Shown one piece after another: positions 51,001 to 64,000 of a stretch of DNA of 64,000 nt (positions are counted from its first letter, which is position 1; each line of letters opens with the position of its first letter). The position numbers and the translations under genes are program-made. This DNA comes from Callorhinchus milii (Eukaryota): assembly GCF_018977255.1 (NCBI RefSeq), contig NW_024704743.1:104596001-104660000 (forward strand). The letters are read 5' to 3'. Under the pieces are notes generated by a model. The model saw only the letters and a program-made list of their open reading frames with translations, was not told the DNA's origin and ran no database searches.

Positions 51001-54000
51001 ACCCTGTGGTAAATCCTTCTGGTAATTATAAAGACCACACTGACCTATAGGCCAGTAGCTACAAAGAAATAATTGGTAATAATATAATAATAATCTTTGC
51101 ATTTGATAGAATGCACATGATAGATTTTCACATCATTCAAACCTCTCAAAGCACTTCAAAGGATTTTACTGCAGAGTGTCCTGACTATGTATTTTGTACA
51201 AGAACCCAGCAGCAACTTTGCATGGTAATGCATGGAACAAGGTTATACAGCCAGTGTTGGTGTTTATACTCCACATGAGCTTCCAGCCCTTCAAATCAAC
51301 TCACCTAGACCCCTTTATCCACTTCTGTCTCATGTTTACATCAAGATTTCTTTTAAATACAGTCTTGCTTTGACTGTAGTTTCTAGCAGTGAGTTTCCAC
51401 ATTCTCACCACCTTCTGCATCAAGATGTTCTTTCTAGGGTGATAATATGACCTCATTTTCCACCAACATTCCAGGATGTGATATTGTGTTCCTGGACAAA
51501 TTTTCCATGTTGTGAGTTCAGCAACATATTTTCATAATCTGTAATAATCCATCAAGTCATCTCACATTCATCTCATCTACAGAAAGAAGAGCTCCAAACA
51601 ACACAATTTACTGAGAGAAGAGGGGTTGTTGGTGTGATACAGGGAATTCTAAACAGGATTATTTATGTAAGAAATGTGGCAAAGTAGACTCCATTGAATC
51701 ACAGTGTAATTGGAAGCAGAATGGATATAAAAGGTCAAGTGGAAAATACTGAAAATACTGAAATATTAAGAACAGAGAAATCAAAAGCAGTGGCAGAATT
51801 AAAATTCAATGCAAAAGTTAGCACACTTGAGTCATGGAGAGTTCCAAAACAAATACTGCAGGAGGTATTTCTGGGAAGAGAAGTGAAAACTTTCAAGATA
51901 CTGAGAACTGATACAAAAAAGGGGAGATCAATCCAAGGCTATTCAACATAATTGGAGAGAGCAGCGCTCAAGACATCATTCCATCTCCTTCAATTAACTA
52001 TTAAGGTGACTTCCCTCTGAAGCAGTTCCATCCTTGTCCAGCTGTCTTAAAGGATCATACATTTATCTCCCTACCACTTCTCAGTATCTTCCATGTCTCT
52101 GCTTCTCTTCACCAGACTTCCTCTGGTATATTTCCTTTTCAAGTTCTCCATTGCTCAATCTTTGCCTTTAACTTCTCTTTCCACAAAGGTCCTTTCATTC
52201 TCTCTTCAGAACATTTAATTTTCAAGAAAACAGTAAACCCGAGCTGTGTGAAAGTCCAATATCACTACCTCTCTAGAGAAAGGTAACAAAAAGTTATTCG
52301 GAACTGAATAAAAAAAGATGGTTTATGCCTTGATGTTTTCTGGTGAGAACACTCACTTTCCTCACTACACAGGGAAATTCAGATCTTGCAGAATTTGTAA
52401 AATAGCCCTCAATTGAATTTTCACAAGATTGGTTTGGTTGAAGAAGGTCCTTCGGCTCATCCAATCTCATCCCTCCAGAACATCCACCCTTCTGTCCTCC
52501 CATCACAGCTTCCAAATTCAGACAGAATTTCAGAATTCTGCATAATCTTAACTGTTAAGACAATGGTCTTTAGCCTTAAGGACATGAGAAACATTGAGCT
52601 GCTTGGCTGGCCACAAAACCTCTTTAAAGTCTAAGTCATGCCCAGGACCTGAAATTCTTCACAGTAATAGCTTTAAGTCCAAAATCTTAAAAATTTAAAT
52701 TGTGCAAATTTGGGAAAATTCTTAAATTCATTCTCAATTTCTATGGATGATTGGGCTCAAAGTAGACTGACTTCAAGGCCAACCATTGTAATAGGGTGGC
52801 TGATTAGTGGAATCAAATTATCTGACAAATAACACTAATGGCGCTGACAATACAATACAAATTTACATTTATATAGCGCATTTATATAGAGATCAGTACG
52901 ATGTCCCAAGGCCCCCAGACACTTATCATTGTTGATAATTAATAAATCATAGATCACAATTGTCATCCCTAAAGCTCTCCCAATTTTAATATTGGTGTGC
53001 CATAAGCTATCATGTATAGCACAGAAGCAGAAGTATTTGAGAGAATATATGAAACAATTAAGTATTTTACAGAAATTCTGTCCCTCTGTGCTATAAATAA
53101 TGCCTACTGTTACCTCTGATTTATACCTTGGATCTACCCAACGTCTGCTCTAACCTCACTTCCAAGGCAAATTATTTCCTGAAACAAACCTCTGCTTTAC
53201 ACCTTGGTTCATCTAGGAGAGTTTTTTTAGAAATTAAAAGATATAGGCAAATGCTGCAATCAAAAGCAGGGCTGGTGCAATGAACAGAGCTGTCAGCTCC
53301 AACATTTCTGCTGTTATTTTAGAGACTTCTTCCCATTTACTGTTGTAAACTGACTCTATAACAATTACATGTTGAATTTGCCACAGAAGGACCACTCACT
53401 GCCAACAGCTAATCGAAGGAGCAGAATCTCCCTTATTTCAGGCAAGCAACTAGTTGAGAGGCCTTGGGAAATGGTAATTTATCTGAAGTTAAGATGGTAC
53501 AGTAAAGTGTGGGGAAATGGATAGAAAATAATAAAATACATAAAAATATTAATAATCTTTTCATTTGATAAATCGCTTTATCAGCTCAGCAAGCTTTATC
53601 ATGTCTTAAAATGCTTCATTGTATTTACTGTAAAGTGTAGTAGCTATGTGTTCGTAGGCGAATGAGGCAGCCAATTTGCACACTGAAATGTCCCTGAAAC
53701 AGCCACAAAGTGAATGAGTATTTTTTACTTGTGGATTATTGGCCAGGACATAGGGAGAAACTCCTCTATCTTTCACGTAGTGCCATGAGTCTTACCAGTT
53801 GAGACAGGCTGACCACTACAAATAAAGGGTTAAGAAAGAAAAATGATGAATAGAGAATCAAATGTCACTGAAAGGAAAAACAAGTAACATGCTGATGAAG
53901 AGAATTTTAATTAAAAAATAATAGAAATGAAAAGCAGATAAATGCTTACAATTCTGCTGAAGTAGAATCCATAAGCTATTTTAGAAAGAAATTTGATTCT

Positions 54001-54893
54001 TTAAAAACAACAATATTAAAGAATATTGGGAGCGAGCTGGAGAGTGGAATTAAATCAGGCATCTCATGTGGAGAAAAATACCACGCAGACTAGACGGACC
54101 AAATGATTGATTTGATGTAACATTGTATGATTCTAAGGGAAAGGAGGTGAAGAGTGCAATTGAGTGGAGCTAAAAATAGATCTTAATTTTGAGCCTTGAA
54201 GCTCTCTATTTCAATATTGGTATTTCACAGGTGATCCTATGCAGCAAAAGTAATTGATACAATATATGAAAGAACCATGTGCTGGGTTTAAGTCAAATAG
54301 CATCCTTGAAGCTCAAATGCTGGCTCTGGGTCAAATAAAATAATGCTGGCTTGGATCCAAATGGCACTGACAATCTTGAAAACAAGCTGGGTCTTAATCA
54401 AGTGGGATGACAACAACAACACATTACATTTGTACAGCGCCTTTCATGTTGGGAGGACATACCAAGACGTTGGACATTCAGGGATTTGGATCCGAGCTGG
54501 GGGTTGGGATCAGGAGGGGTGGAGGTAGGCAGGGCGGGAAGACGTGGAGCAGGTTGGAGCTCACTGAGTGGAGGGATCCTATCGCCAGGTTTTAGAAAAT
54601 TATGGTCAGGAACATATTCTCGGAAGAGGCAAAGTGAATCTTTCTCATGATCTTGTGAAAGGTTTTTTTCTCCTTTCTGTTGACTTTATTATTACTGCAG
54701 CCATTATACAAGTTTGATGAGCTTTGAGAACCTATTCAAAGCTGTAACATTCTCACAGGGTTTGGGTACCTTTAACTGAAAGTATTTGAATCATGTGTTT
54801 TATGGTATTACCTGAAGATGGATGGTTTCTGAGGACAAAACTGTAATTAACTGTTAATTCTCATCTCAGGTACGGAAATTAGCAATGATGTTA

Positions 54894-54955
54894 GTTGCCC
54901 CAGGTAACATCAAGTTTATTGAATGTAAAACCAGCCCCATGGTTTCTTGGGCAAC
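54894..54955. promoter_or_regulatory. Pair of RFX X-box-like motifs (putative ciliary/testis promoter)
   Basis: GTTGCCCCAGGTAAC (54894-54908) and GTTTCTTGGGCAAC (54942-54955) fit or nearly fit GTNRCC-N0-3-RGYAAC. A minus-strand donor CAG|gtaata lies just downstream at 54811. Confidence 0.45.
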
Positions 54956-57900
54956 ACAATTCTCAGATTTTGTCTTTGAACTAAACTACGTGACATATAG
55001 AGTCACACGAGCAAGATGGCTGCATTTAGTTTTGAATGTTTACTTTCACATTCCCACTGATGCAAAGCCCAATTTGCAGCACTGCAGCACTCACAATCGA
55101 TTTGATGTTATGGTTGTGCACTGGTTGGCCCCGCGGAGTAAATGATTGCTCCTTCATTCACACAATTACGCTGCTCCATCAGACAGGAAGAAAAACACCT
55201 CACTCAGTGCAGGAAATTTGATTGCAAATTCTCTCCCTTACTCCCTTACCCATGCTGAAGCATGAAGTAAAATAGGCATCTCTGGTGGCTTAATCTTAGT
55301 CAAAGTAAAAATAAAATGATAGTAAAATTCACAGTGCAATATCATCATTGTATTAGCTTAAAGTGCTTTTCCTTTCAGTGTTGGTGAGTTCTGTGTTATA
55401 ACAAGTATATTAGAAGAAATTCTGCTGCTGGTGTTTCTAGTCCCACATTCACATTTTGCAATTATCCTTATTTCTATTGCTTCCCAAGTACAGCACCCAT
55501 GTATCTCCCTCTTTTAAGCACCTCAGTTGATTCTGCAACTATGACGTCTGGGTCAGTGAGTTCCACCTTCTCACAATCCTTTCTAATTAAAACCAAGACA
55601 AACCCCTGAACAAAAATCCAATGTGGAAGTTGAAGAAAACATTAGTAATTTGCTGTTATTCAACCCTGATTGGAAACACAATAAGCACATTACTGGATTT
55701 TCGTACAGCTTGAGTGTTTGACTCTCAACCATTTAAACAGTGGAAAACCATCAGGCGTTTAAATGTTGCAGCCTTCCATGCAAAACATAGATTGGTCATT
55801 CACTTCACAGGCGTCTATGGGACGTTGCTGTGTGCAACTTTTCTGCTGTGTTCACCCACAAATACAGTCACTAACCATTTCTAAATACTCTGTGATAAGG
55901 CACTATATCAAACACAACAATATTTATTTTAGAAAGGAATCACAGCAATAGTCCATCACTGCAACTCATAATCTAAATAGAGGACTTGTCTCGGACTAAA
56001 TACAATGAAAGGATATGAATACTATTCTTAAGAATAATAGTTATTTTTCTAAATAACACAATGGCTGTGAGATTGATAGCACCTGATGCAAAATGTTCTG
56101 CCTCGCTGCTTGAGTTTCAGTACCTGCAGGATTTACTGTATCAAATCAACCCAAGCTGAGAATCGTGTATTTCTGAATGGAGTTATTACTGTGTGGTCAC
56201 CTGTTGGGGTGACAATATCAGGATTAATAGCTCCTCCATGTATATGCACTGATTGACGCAACAGAATTAACCTTCAGGCTCTTTACCCTTCACAACTTCA
56301 CATGGTTCCTTCACTCACAGCCATCCCAGGCTAGTTATTATGGATTAAAAAAAACATGAAGTAATGTTAAGATGTAATAAAATTAAACTGCACTCAGCTT
56401 GTGTGGGCAAGTAAAGGTCAGGCACTAATTTTAAAACTGCAATATTTCATAACAGATTCAAACTGATAATTATTATATCAAGTTATGAAATGTTGCATTT
56501 CTTACACCAAATTTCATTGCTACTTAGGATAATTTTTTAATAAATTATTTTTGAATAGCTTCTTGAAAGTGTAAAATATCCAGCGAATGAAAATCAAAGA
56601 AAGCTGTCTTAAAAGTCGTTGGAGATTTATTAGGAGTATTTACAGTTTAAAGGGCTTAGCTAAAATCTTGCGCTTTCCAGTCACATAAGCTCTTAATCAC
56701 TCTTCTAATTTACTAACATGCTTATTTATAGAAGACACTTTGGTCATGTAGAGAAATCCAATCTTTTCAAAACAGGAGCAATCTGATTAAATACAGCCTT
56801 CCTGGTTCCATTTAAAATCTACCTCTTCAGCTGCCTCTATGATCACCTCCTTCTCCTCCTGTTCCCTTGAATGTGACAATGAAGTGAGATGTTGTCCTAT
56901 GTAAAGGGTGATATATAAATATAGAAACACCCATTTATCCAGGCAATCTTTGTGTTCCCACAAAGAGGCACAGAAAAAGGGGAAGAGAGAATCAGAGAGA
57001 AAAGCAGAAGCCATTGGCATCCCATCAACACGTGCAAGAAATATCAGTTTGAGGTCTTCACTATAAAAGTTAATTCTCACTTTTTGTTTCAACTTTCTTT
57101 CTTTTACCTTCTTTCTATTCGACCACTAAAAAAAATCTTTATTTGAGAATCTGATAGTTCAGTAAATTTTATTGCAATTTATGGATAATGCTTTTACAAA
57201 CCTTTATACATACTGAACAAGCCTTTGTATACAGTACAGTGTTTATGAATAATGCTTCTATAAACTTTTATACAGTACTGACACTTGTCAGATTTTTATA
57301 GTCAATTCTTAGGATTGGTAGCCAACTGAACCTTGGTACATCATCAAAGCTTCTGATGTGTTAACCCTTAAACAGTGTATCAAGCACATGATGACCCTGT
57401 GTTTAGTTTCTGCACACTGCCATCCAGTGGCTCAAATTATGATTTCAATCCATTGGTTGTTCAGGAGAATGAGTTTTCAGGTATTGGAAAATTAGTCACC
57501 ACAGGAAAGCAATTCAAATTAGCTTGGTGCTTTGCTTGAGATGTCCGCATGTTAAGCATTCTGTGATACAGATACACAACACTATGAAAGGTGGGTCAGC
57601 CTGGATCAATTGGTAGCCTGTTCCATCTCTGAGTCAGAGGTTTGCTGGTGGGTTTTACCGTAAAATTCAATGACTGGGAATTAATTACTCCCATTTAAAA
57701 GAATTTATGGACTCTGCTTCAAATATAATTTGAAAATTGCACATTCCAATCCCCTCTGTGGAAAGATATTATTACTGACCGCCCTTAATTCTTTTTTATG
57801 ATTGTTTTACATTTGTCCTCTCTTTCTCCAGATGTGTGAGCAGTACAAATAATCTATTAATTATTTCCCCTATTATAGCCTTCCCAATACTGAAGCACTC

Positions 57901-59665
57901 TATCAGGTCCCCTTTCAACCTTTAAACTTTCTTATCTCCAGTGGAAAAACTAGTGATATGATTGTATCTCTTCCTTTGGATAAGACATTCATCCTTCGGA
58001 TGAGACATTAAACCAAGATCCTGTTTGCCTGTCAGGTGGACGTTAAAGATCCCATGGTTCAAAAAAGAAGGGAGTTTCCCCCGATGTCCTGGCCAACAAT
58101 TCCCCAATTACAATTGGTCACTCACTCCATGGCTGTTTGTGGGACATTGCTGTGTGCAAACTGGCTCCTGTGAAGTCTCAACGAAATGATAAGGCTCGAT
58201 ATCAAGTGCATGGATTCTCAAAAATGCAAGCATTTTTATGAAGTTCCATGAAGCAAATGTCTTTGCTTTGCTAGGCATATAAAACAGAATGGCTGAACTT
58301 TGCACAGCAACATTCACTTCACGGAGATTGCACAGATCTGATAGTTCATTGTAATGCAGAGAAGGTGCATCATCCTCAACATGTTCAAAGAATCTTCAGT
58401 AGTCTTTCAGAAATTACAACTTCAAAACCAGCAAAGAAAAAAATTGAAGATTTTTTTTACGTGACAGAGAAGCTGCTTCTTATAACTAGATTTGAAGGTC
58501 AGGCTCCCCTTCAAAGCTGAACCTCTAGATCTGCATTAGTTTCAGTCTATCCTTTCAGTCAGCATCTGGGTTAAAACAATTTCAAAAGCTACACTGTTCA
58601 TAATGTAATTTATTCAAAGATCACAAATTGAAACACATGCTAAAATAATTTTTTCATGGTCATGGAACCAGAGTCAAGATTCTCATTTCCATTTTTAGAA
58701 TGTTTTACGCCATTAACTCCACTCGCTGTACAAGACGTAGCATGAATATTTTCACAGGGTCCTTGTTTTTTTCTTATACAAGCACGGTGGGGAGGGAGAG
58801 TGGGGGGCAATTTAGGACTGGGTGGTACAGTGGAATGAAAGAATCATGTAAAGTTACAGCCTAAGGGAGCCATTCGGCCCATCCATCTGCACCAGCTCTC
58901 AGAACAAGCTATGCATTCGATTCCACTGCTCTGCCTTATTCTCTTGCCCTTTGAAGCCTCTGATTTCATATATCTGTCTACTTCCTTCTGGAAACCCACA
59001 TGGTTCTGCTTCTACCACCTTACTAACAGGGTATTCCACAAACCAACTGTGTGAAAAAAATTCTAAGTTTTCCTGTCGCTCTTCTTGTGATTTGCAAATT
59101 TTATTCACCCACAAAACACACAGTCGCTCCACTTTACAGTAGATGTCCTCCTGACGTGAAAAGGGCTATACCAAATAAAATAATTATTATTATTAATAAC
59201 GTACTAACAATTTGCTTATTCATCAATTAATTCTTTCAGATCAGAAAGTTTGTCTTTGCTCTCTCATAAAGTGCACGAGATACACTCTGTGTACAATTGC
59301 TAGTTTATTTTCAAGTTTCTAATGGCAAATAAAATAGCAAAAGAAGATGCAGCTACTGTGAACCTTAACTGATAAATAATAGCCTTTTTTAATATTAGTG
59401 TATTCACTTATTCTCTTAATTTTTCCACAAGTTACACTGCTCCTGGCTTTGCCTCCTCTTGATGGGATACAGCTCCACATGCACTGCATACCCTCTTATA
59501 CCCTATCCCAAGTGACCATTGCTCTTGTGAAATCCTTGGCAGCGAGTGTCGTACACTTCATATCTGAGACTTTTCTCATCCGATTGCTGCATACCTATTT
59601 AACCAGTAGTGTGTCTCTCTTTGGCTATAACTTTACATGATTCTATCATCCATGCTACGTATTGT

Positions 59666-60039
59666 AATAATAATCCTTGCATTTGATATAGCACCTTATC
59701 ACTTCATCGAGATGTCTCAAAGCGCTTCAGAGAATATACTGTAAAGTGAATTGATTGTATATTTTGTGGGCGAAATGCAGTAGCCAAATGCGGACAGCAG
59801 TTTCCTACAAACAGTCGTGGATTGAAGTGACCAATTTATTATTATTATTTTTATTTTTTTGAAGGAATTATTACCCCCAGAAAAGAAATCTGCCAATCTA
59901 CTAACAACTGGGTTTCTACTTACTGCTAGGTAAATAGAGGTTTGTGGAATAAGGAAACTTGCCAAACATTTTGCCCCACCCGGGAATCAAACCCAGGTCT
60001 CTCGTTTGCAAGCCGAGGGCTCTAATCGCTGAGCTACAG
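59666..60039 (-). mobile_element. tRNA-derived SINE, longer subfamily (left arm of a head-to-head pair)
   Basis: Reverse copy with the internal segment. Confidence 0.9.
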
Positions 60040-60352
60040 TCCTGTAGTGTAGCTCAGTGGTTAGAGCACTCGCTTTGCAAGCGAGAGACCTGGGTTTGAT
60101 TCCCGGGTGGGCAAAATGTTTGGCAAGTTTCCTTACTCCACACGCCCAATAATAATCCCTCCAAAAAAAAAAACAATAATAAATTGGTCATTTTCAATCT
60201 ACGACTGTTTGTGGGACATTGCAGTGCGCAATTGGCTGCCGCGTTCGCCCACAAATATACAGTCAATTCACTTTACAGTGTGTTCTGTGAAGCGCCTTGG
60301 GACGTCCTCCCACGTGAAAAGCGCTATATCAAATGCAAGGATTATTATTATT
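60039..60352 (+). mobile_element. tRNA-derived SINE, short subfamily (right arm of the head-to-head pair)
   Basis: Forward copy with (ATT)n tail. Confidence 0.92.
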
Positions 60353-61819
60353 AAGGAATATTACAGTAATTGGTGCTGAGGGACCCTGACTGTTTTTCCT
60401 GAGAGGGCCAGGCCAATTTAGTATCCCCATACAGCCTGGCAGGAATCAGGAATCTCAGCACAGACTGGCACCTGAGAGCTCCACATTCATGAATTCCACC
60501 CCACCAGTGGCTAATCACTGTAAAACAATCTTAATAAGCAAGTAGCTATTGTGCAACTCCCATGGATGCTAATTGTTATGAACAAATGCATTTAATCAGA
60601 AGATCTTTCAAAATACCTAGAAAGAGCACTTGATACCACTCAAATCAAGTGGAGCAACCAATTGCTTTTGCAAGTGAACCTTCAGTTGCCTTCATTTTCA
60701 TTCTAATTACCAACAGGTTGCAACAAATAATATGTTTTCACAACGGGGATCCTCAATGTTTACAAGAAAGCACTTTTTAAAGCACTGATTAAAAGATTAA
60801 AATGTAGGTAACTTGGTCTGTAAAGTGTAGATTGCTTTTATTAGACAATGTCTCATCATTTACTGCAGCATATCAAGTGGTAAAGTGTAATATTCCAAAA
60901 ATAGAAGTATTTAGTTGGTGAATTCTGACATTTGTAGTAAACTATGACTTGTAAAATAATAATTTGTCTATTATTGTGAATATTTGCACCGGATGTAGAA
61001 ATAGGTGTCAGTCTGGCTCAGTTGGTAGATCTCTCACCTCTTGCTTCTACCCCTGCCTGAAAGGGTGGTCGAGAACAATTCGATAACCACTTTTAAAAAT
61101 GCGGTGGACGGGTATTTGAGGAGGACGGGTTTGCAGAGTTATGGGGAAAGGGCTGGGGAGTTGGATTGACATTACATTGCTCTTTTCAAAGAGCCGACAC
61201 AGACTCGATGGGCCGAATGGACTCTTTTTGTGTTGTATGATTCTATGATACCTTCTCTGCCCTACGTTCCTCCTGATTCCAATCACCAGCTCAGGTACGG
61301 ATCCCTGACTGTCCAGTGCCTTGGATATCCTCCTGACGTGAAAAGCACTAAACAATTGTAATTTGTTGTTGGTGTTATTGTGGGTTCAAGCCCCACATCG
61401 GAAATTTGAACTGACATAGTCTAGGTTTTATATTTCAATGTGGTGCTAGGGGTGGACTGCATTGTTAGAGATGCCATCATTCGGATGAGAAATTAAATCA
61501 AGGTCCCTTCTGCCCATTCCAGTGGACATTAAAAATCCCACAATACAATTCAAAAAGAGAAGGGAGTTTGTCCTGATTTCCTATCCCACATCATCTAAGT
61601 TGAAACTCCAATGCAGCGCGAGGAAGGTGTTGCTTTGTCGGAGACATAAATATTTAGCACGTAAAACCTTCAGATGAGAGGTAAAACCAAGGTTTCCAAA
61701 ATGTTTGTATCCTAGAATTGAGCTATGGAATAGAAAGGTTAAGAAGGAATTTTAGGTGAAATATCCCAATTTTGTATAAAAGTGGCATGAAATGTGATTT
61801 ATATGTGACCTGTGTGTTA

Positions 61820-62270
61820 GTCTGGCTCCATTGGTAGTGCTCTTGTCTTTGAGTCAGCAGGTTGTGGGTTCAAGCTCCATCTCAGGACTTTGAACATATA
61901 ATTTACGTTGGCACTCCAATGCAGTGCTAGGGGTTGTTGGAGATGCTAATGAGACATGAAACACACCTTCCGACATGAAAAGCACCACACAAATGTAATT
62001 TTGTATTGTATTAAATTGAGGGTCTATCTGCTTGTCCCGTGGCACTATTCGAAAAGAGAAGGGTGTTTCTACTGGTGTCTTGGACAACAATCCCCCAGAT
62101 AAGATCGATCGCCTCCTGACGTGAAAGGCGCTATATAAATGTAATTTTGTTGTTGTTGATCATTCTTTATTGGACAGCATTGTGTGCAAATTGGCTGCCA
62201 TATTCACTTACAAAATACACTGTCACTGCACTTTATAGGGTATTCTGTAAAGTACTTTGAGACATTCTCA
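61820..62270 (+). mobile_element. Old DeuSINE-type element interrupted by short L2 tails
   Basis: Head TCTGGCTCCATTGGTAG..GAGTCAGCAGGTTGTGGGTTCAAGC and Deu-like core; L2 tail pieces at about 61965-62010 and 62110-62158. Confidence 0.7.
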
Positions 62271-64000
62271 CTGTCTATGAATTTCACCATGCGTTTCACA
62301 GATTCGAAGATGCAATTAATACAGAGAACATGCTTTGAATTTGGTTTGAATTAGATCCCAGTGTTTTCTGATCAACCAAATGTGCACTGAAAGGAATTAA
62401 ATAGGAGTAACACTGAGAGACTGTTGGATTTCATGTGAATTATTGCCATCTTATTAATAATGCACAGCTTCCACCATTAAAATTCTATTCAATCTTTTAA
62501 GAAATATTCCACAATGGAAATGTTTGCAGCCAGTTGAGGCACTGCCCTTAGGAAACAGCCTGCAATCTCCTGAATTCTAAGGTACTGATTCAAGGGAACT
62601 TCAATGTGTATTCTATTGATCTGAAAGGTAGGAAAGCAACCATCGTCTTTTCATAACTTACCACAGTGTCAACAGCCGAATAAATATTCCTTTAACAATC
62701 CATCCTGCTGGTTATAAGGACTGTCAAGTGATAAGCAGAAACAAATCTAATACCTTATCAAGTCTTATAGCTTGGATAATTACATATAAGTAAAAACTAT
62801 TGTCATAACATTTTGCTAATTTTATTGATACCATTAATTTACAAATTAATGGATATCTAACATGACAAACAAAGGTGTTACGTGTTTAAAAGGCTATTCT
62901 TGGATGAGGGGGAGATGTTTAAATCAATGCATAAGCTAAATATTTGGCATGTAAACAGTTCCAGGACTAACATTCTAGCTTCATTTAAGTTTTATTGCAT
63001 GTTCCAGAAAGATTCATCTCAGCTCCAGCAACTGGTATGGCATTGCTTGTAAGGTTGTAAAAGTGAACTCATTACAAAGAATTTATAAGCATGTCACAAA
63101 TCACGACAAAAGAAAAGATACAAAGAAAGACTACAAGCTCTCCACTGAAAGAGAGTGTTATTCTGTGGGATGTGTGCTAAAATGTAAAGATAGTCAAGAC
63201 ACTCAAAATGCAGGATAATGTAGAACAATCCTAAAGACATGCTTTTGAAAAGGCATTCAGTGTCATATGTCTTGATAATAAGGCACAACCATAATGTGGA
63301 TGAATCTTATCATCAAATATCACTCAATCCACTACTGTTTGCGGGAGGGACACTGTTGTGTGCAATTGGTTGCCGCATTTCGCCCACAAAATATACACTC
63401 AAATATCCCATGAAGCGCTTTGAGACATGTTGAAGACATGATAAGGCATTATAAAAATGTAATTTTGTTATTGTTTCGTTGTTGTTGCTCCATACATTCC
63501 CCCAACTTAGCAAACGCTAGGAATTCTCTTGCCCAAAATAAACCGGGGAGGGAAGAAACAATAAAATAATATATATATATTACAAAGGGATTCTATTCTG
63601 AGAAGTTTGAGGGTCACTGCTTCAGGTCCCTTGCCCAATCTGCCCTAACATCACTGAATGTGCCTTCAGCCATTCTGCCCCCATGCTAAGGAATTCCATC
63701 CCAGAGACACCTCCATCCAACCTCCTCCCTTCCTTTTCAATTGCATTTGCAGCCAGCTTTCTCCCTTCCTAAGTGCCCTTCCCCATATCCCAGCTCAGGC
63801 TCCCAGTCAGCTGTATAAAGCACTTTCAGACGTCCTCCTGATGTGAAAGATGTTAAATGTAAATATAAATTGTTGTTGTTGGTTAGCTGAATGGCCTACT
63901 CCTGTTACAATGTGCCTGTGGCGTGTCATCAATTTAGAATTTGTACTCCTGACAGATAGATTTTTCAAGAAGCACAGCCATGTAGATTGTTGTACAGCTC

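Larger units (their letters stand above)
893..54890 (-). pseudogene. Unidentified multi-exon protein gene, probably decaying (unprocessed pseudogene), with C2-like segments; continues beyond the left edge of the window
   Basis: A chain of minus-strand segments bounded by polypyrimidine-AG and GT(R)AG-like signals with mutually compatible phases, e.g. 28500-28678 > 27507-27592 > 22860-22997 > 18635-18725 > 17524-17603, and 3957-4087 > 3119-3217 > 1963-2123 > 1331-1460. In-frame TAG at 2043-2045. The family is not recognised with certainty. Confidence 0.6.

Noticed and set aside
48417..53212. Further minus-strand exon candidates (about 48417-48597, 49154-49242, 53113-53212)
   Set aside because: Splice-like signals are present, but the frames contain stops or cannot be chained unambiguously.
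56824..56897. Minus-strand exon candidate QHLTSLSHSREQEEKEVIIEAAEE
   Set aside because: The acceptor is plausible but the donor is weak, the peptide is low complexity, and it lies upstream of the putative promoter with no phase-linked neighbour.

Overview
AT-rich, repeat-dense vertebrate genomic DNA. Its repeat content (tRNA-headed SINEs with a Deu-like core and L2-type tails, plus L2 and CR1 LINE relics) points to a cartilaginous fish, probably a chimaera; this is an inference. There are no prokaryotic features (no CRISPR array, operon or rRNA), and nearly all ORFs in the supplied track are repeat-derived or spurious. Manual splice-site reading suggests a previously unflagged multi-exon gene on the minus strand from about 54.9 kb down to below 893. 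Many of its exons join in compatible phase and give several divergent C2-domain-like segments. Two RFX X-box motifs lie at its putative 5' end, and in-frame stops plus a frameshift in its 3' half suggest a decaying ciliary or testis gene. I could not name the gene. The introns also hold a decayed Helitron-like relic with hairpins and a 34-bp minisatellite (24.9-25.8 kb), a head-to-head SINE pair with signs of gene conversion (59.7-60.35 kb), and many nested SINE/LINE insertions.
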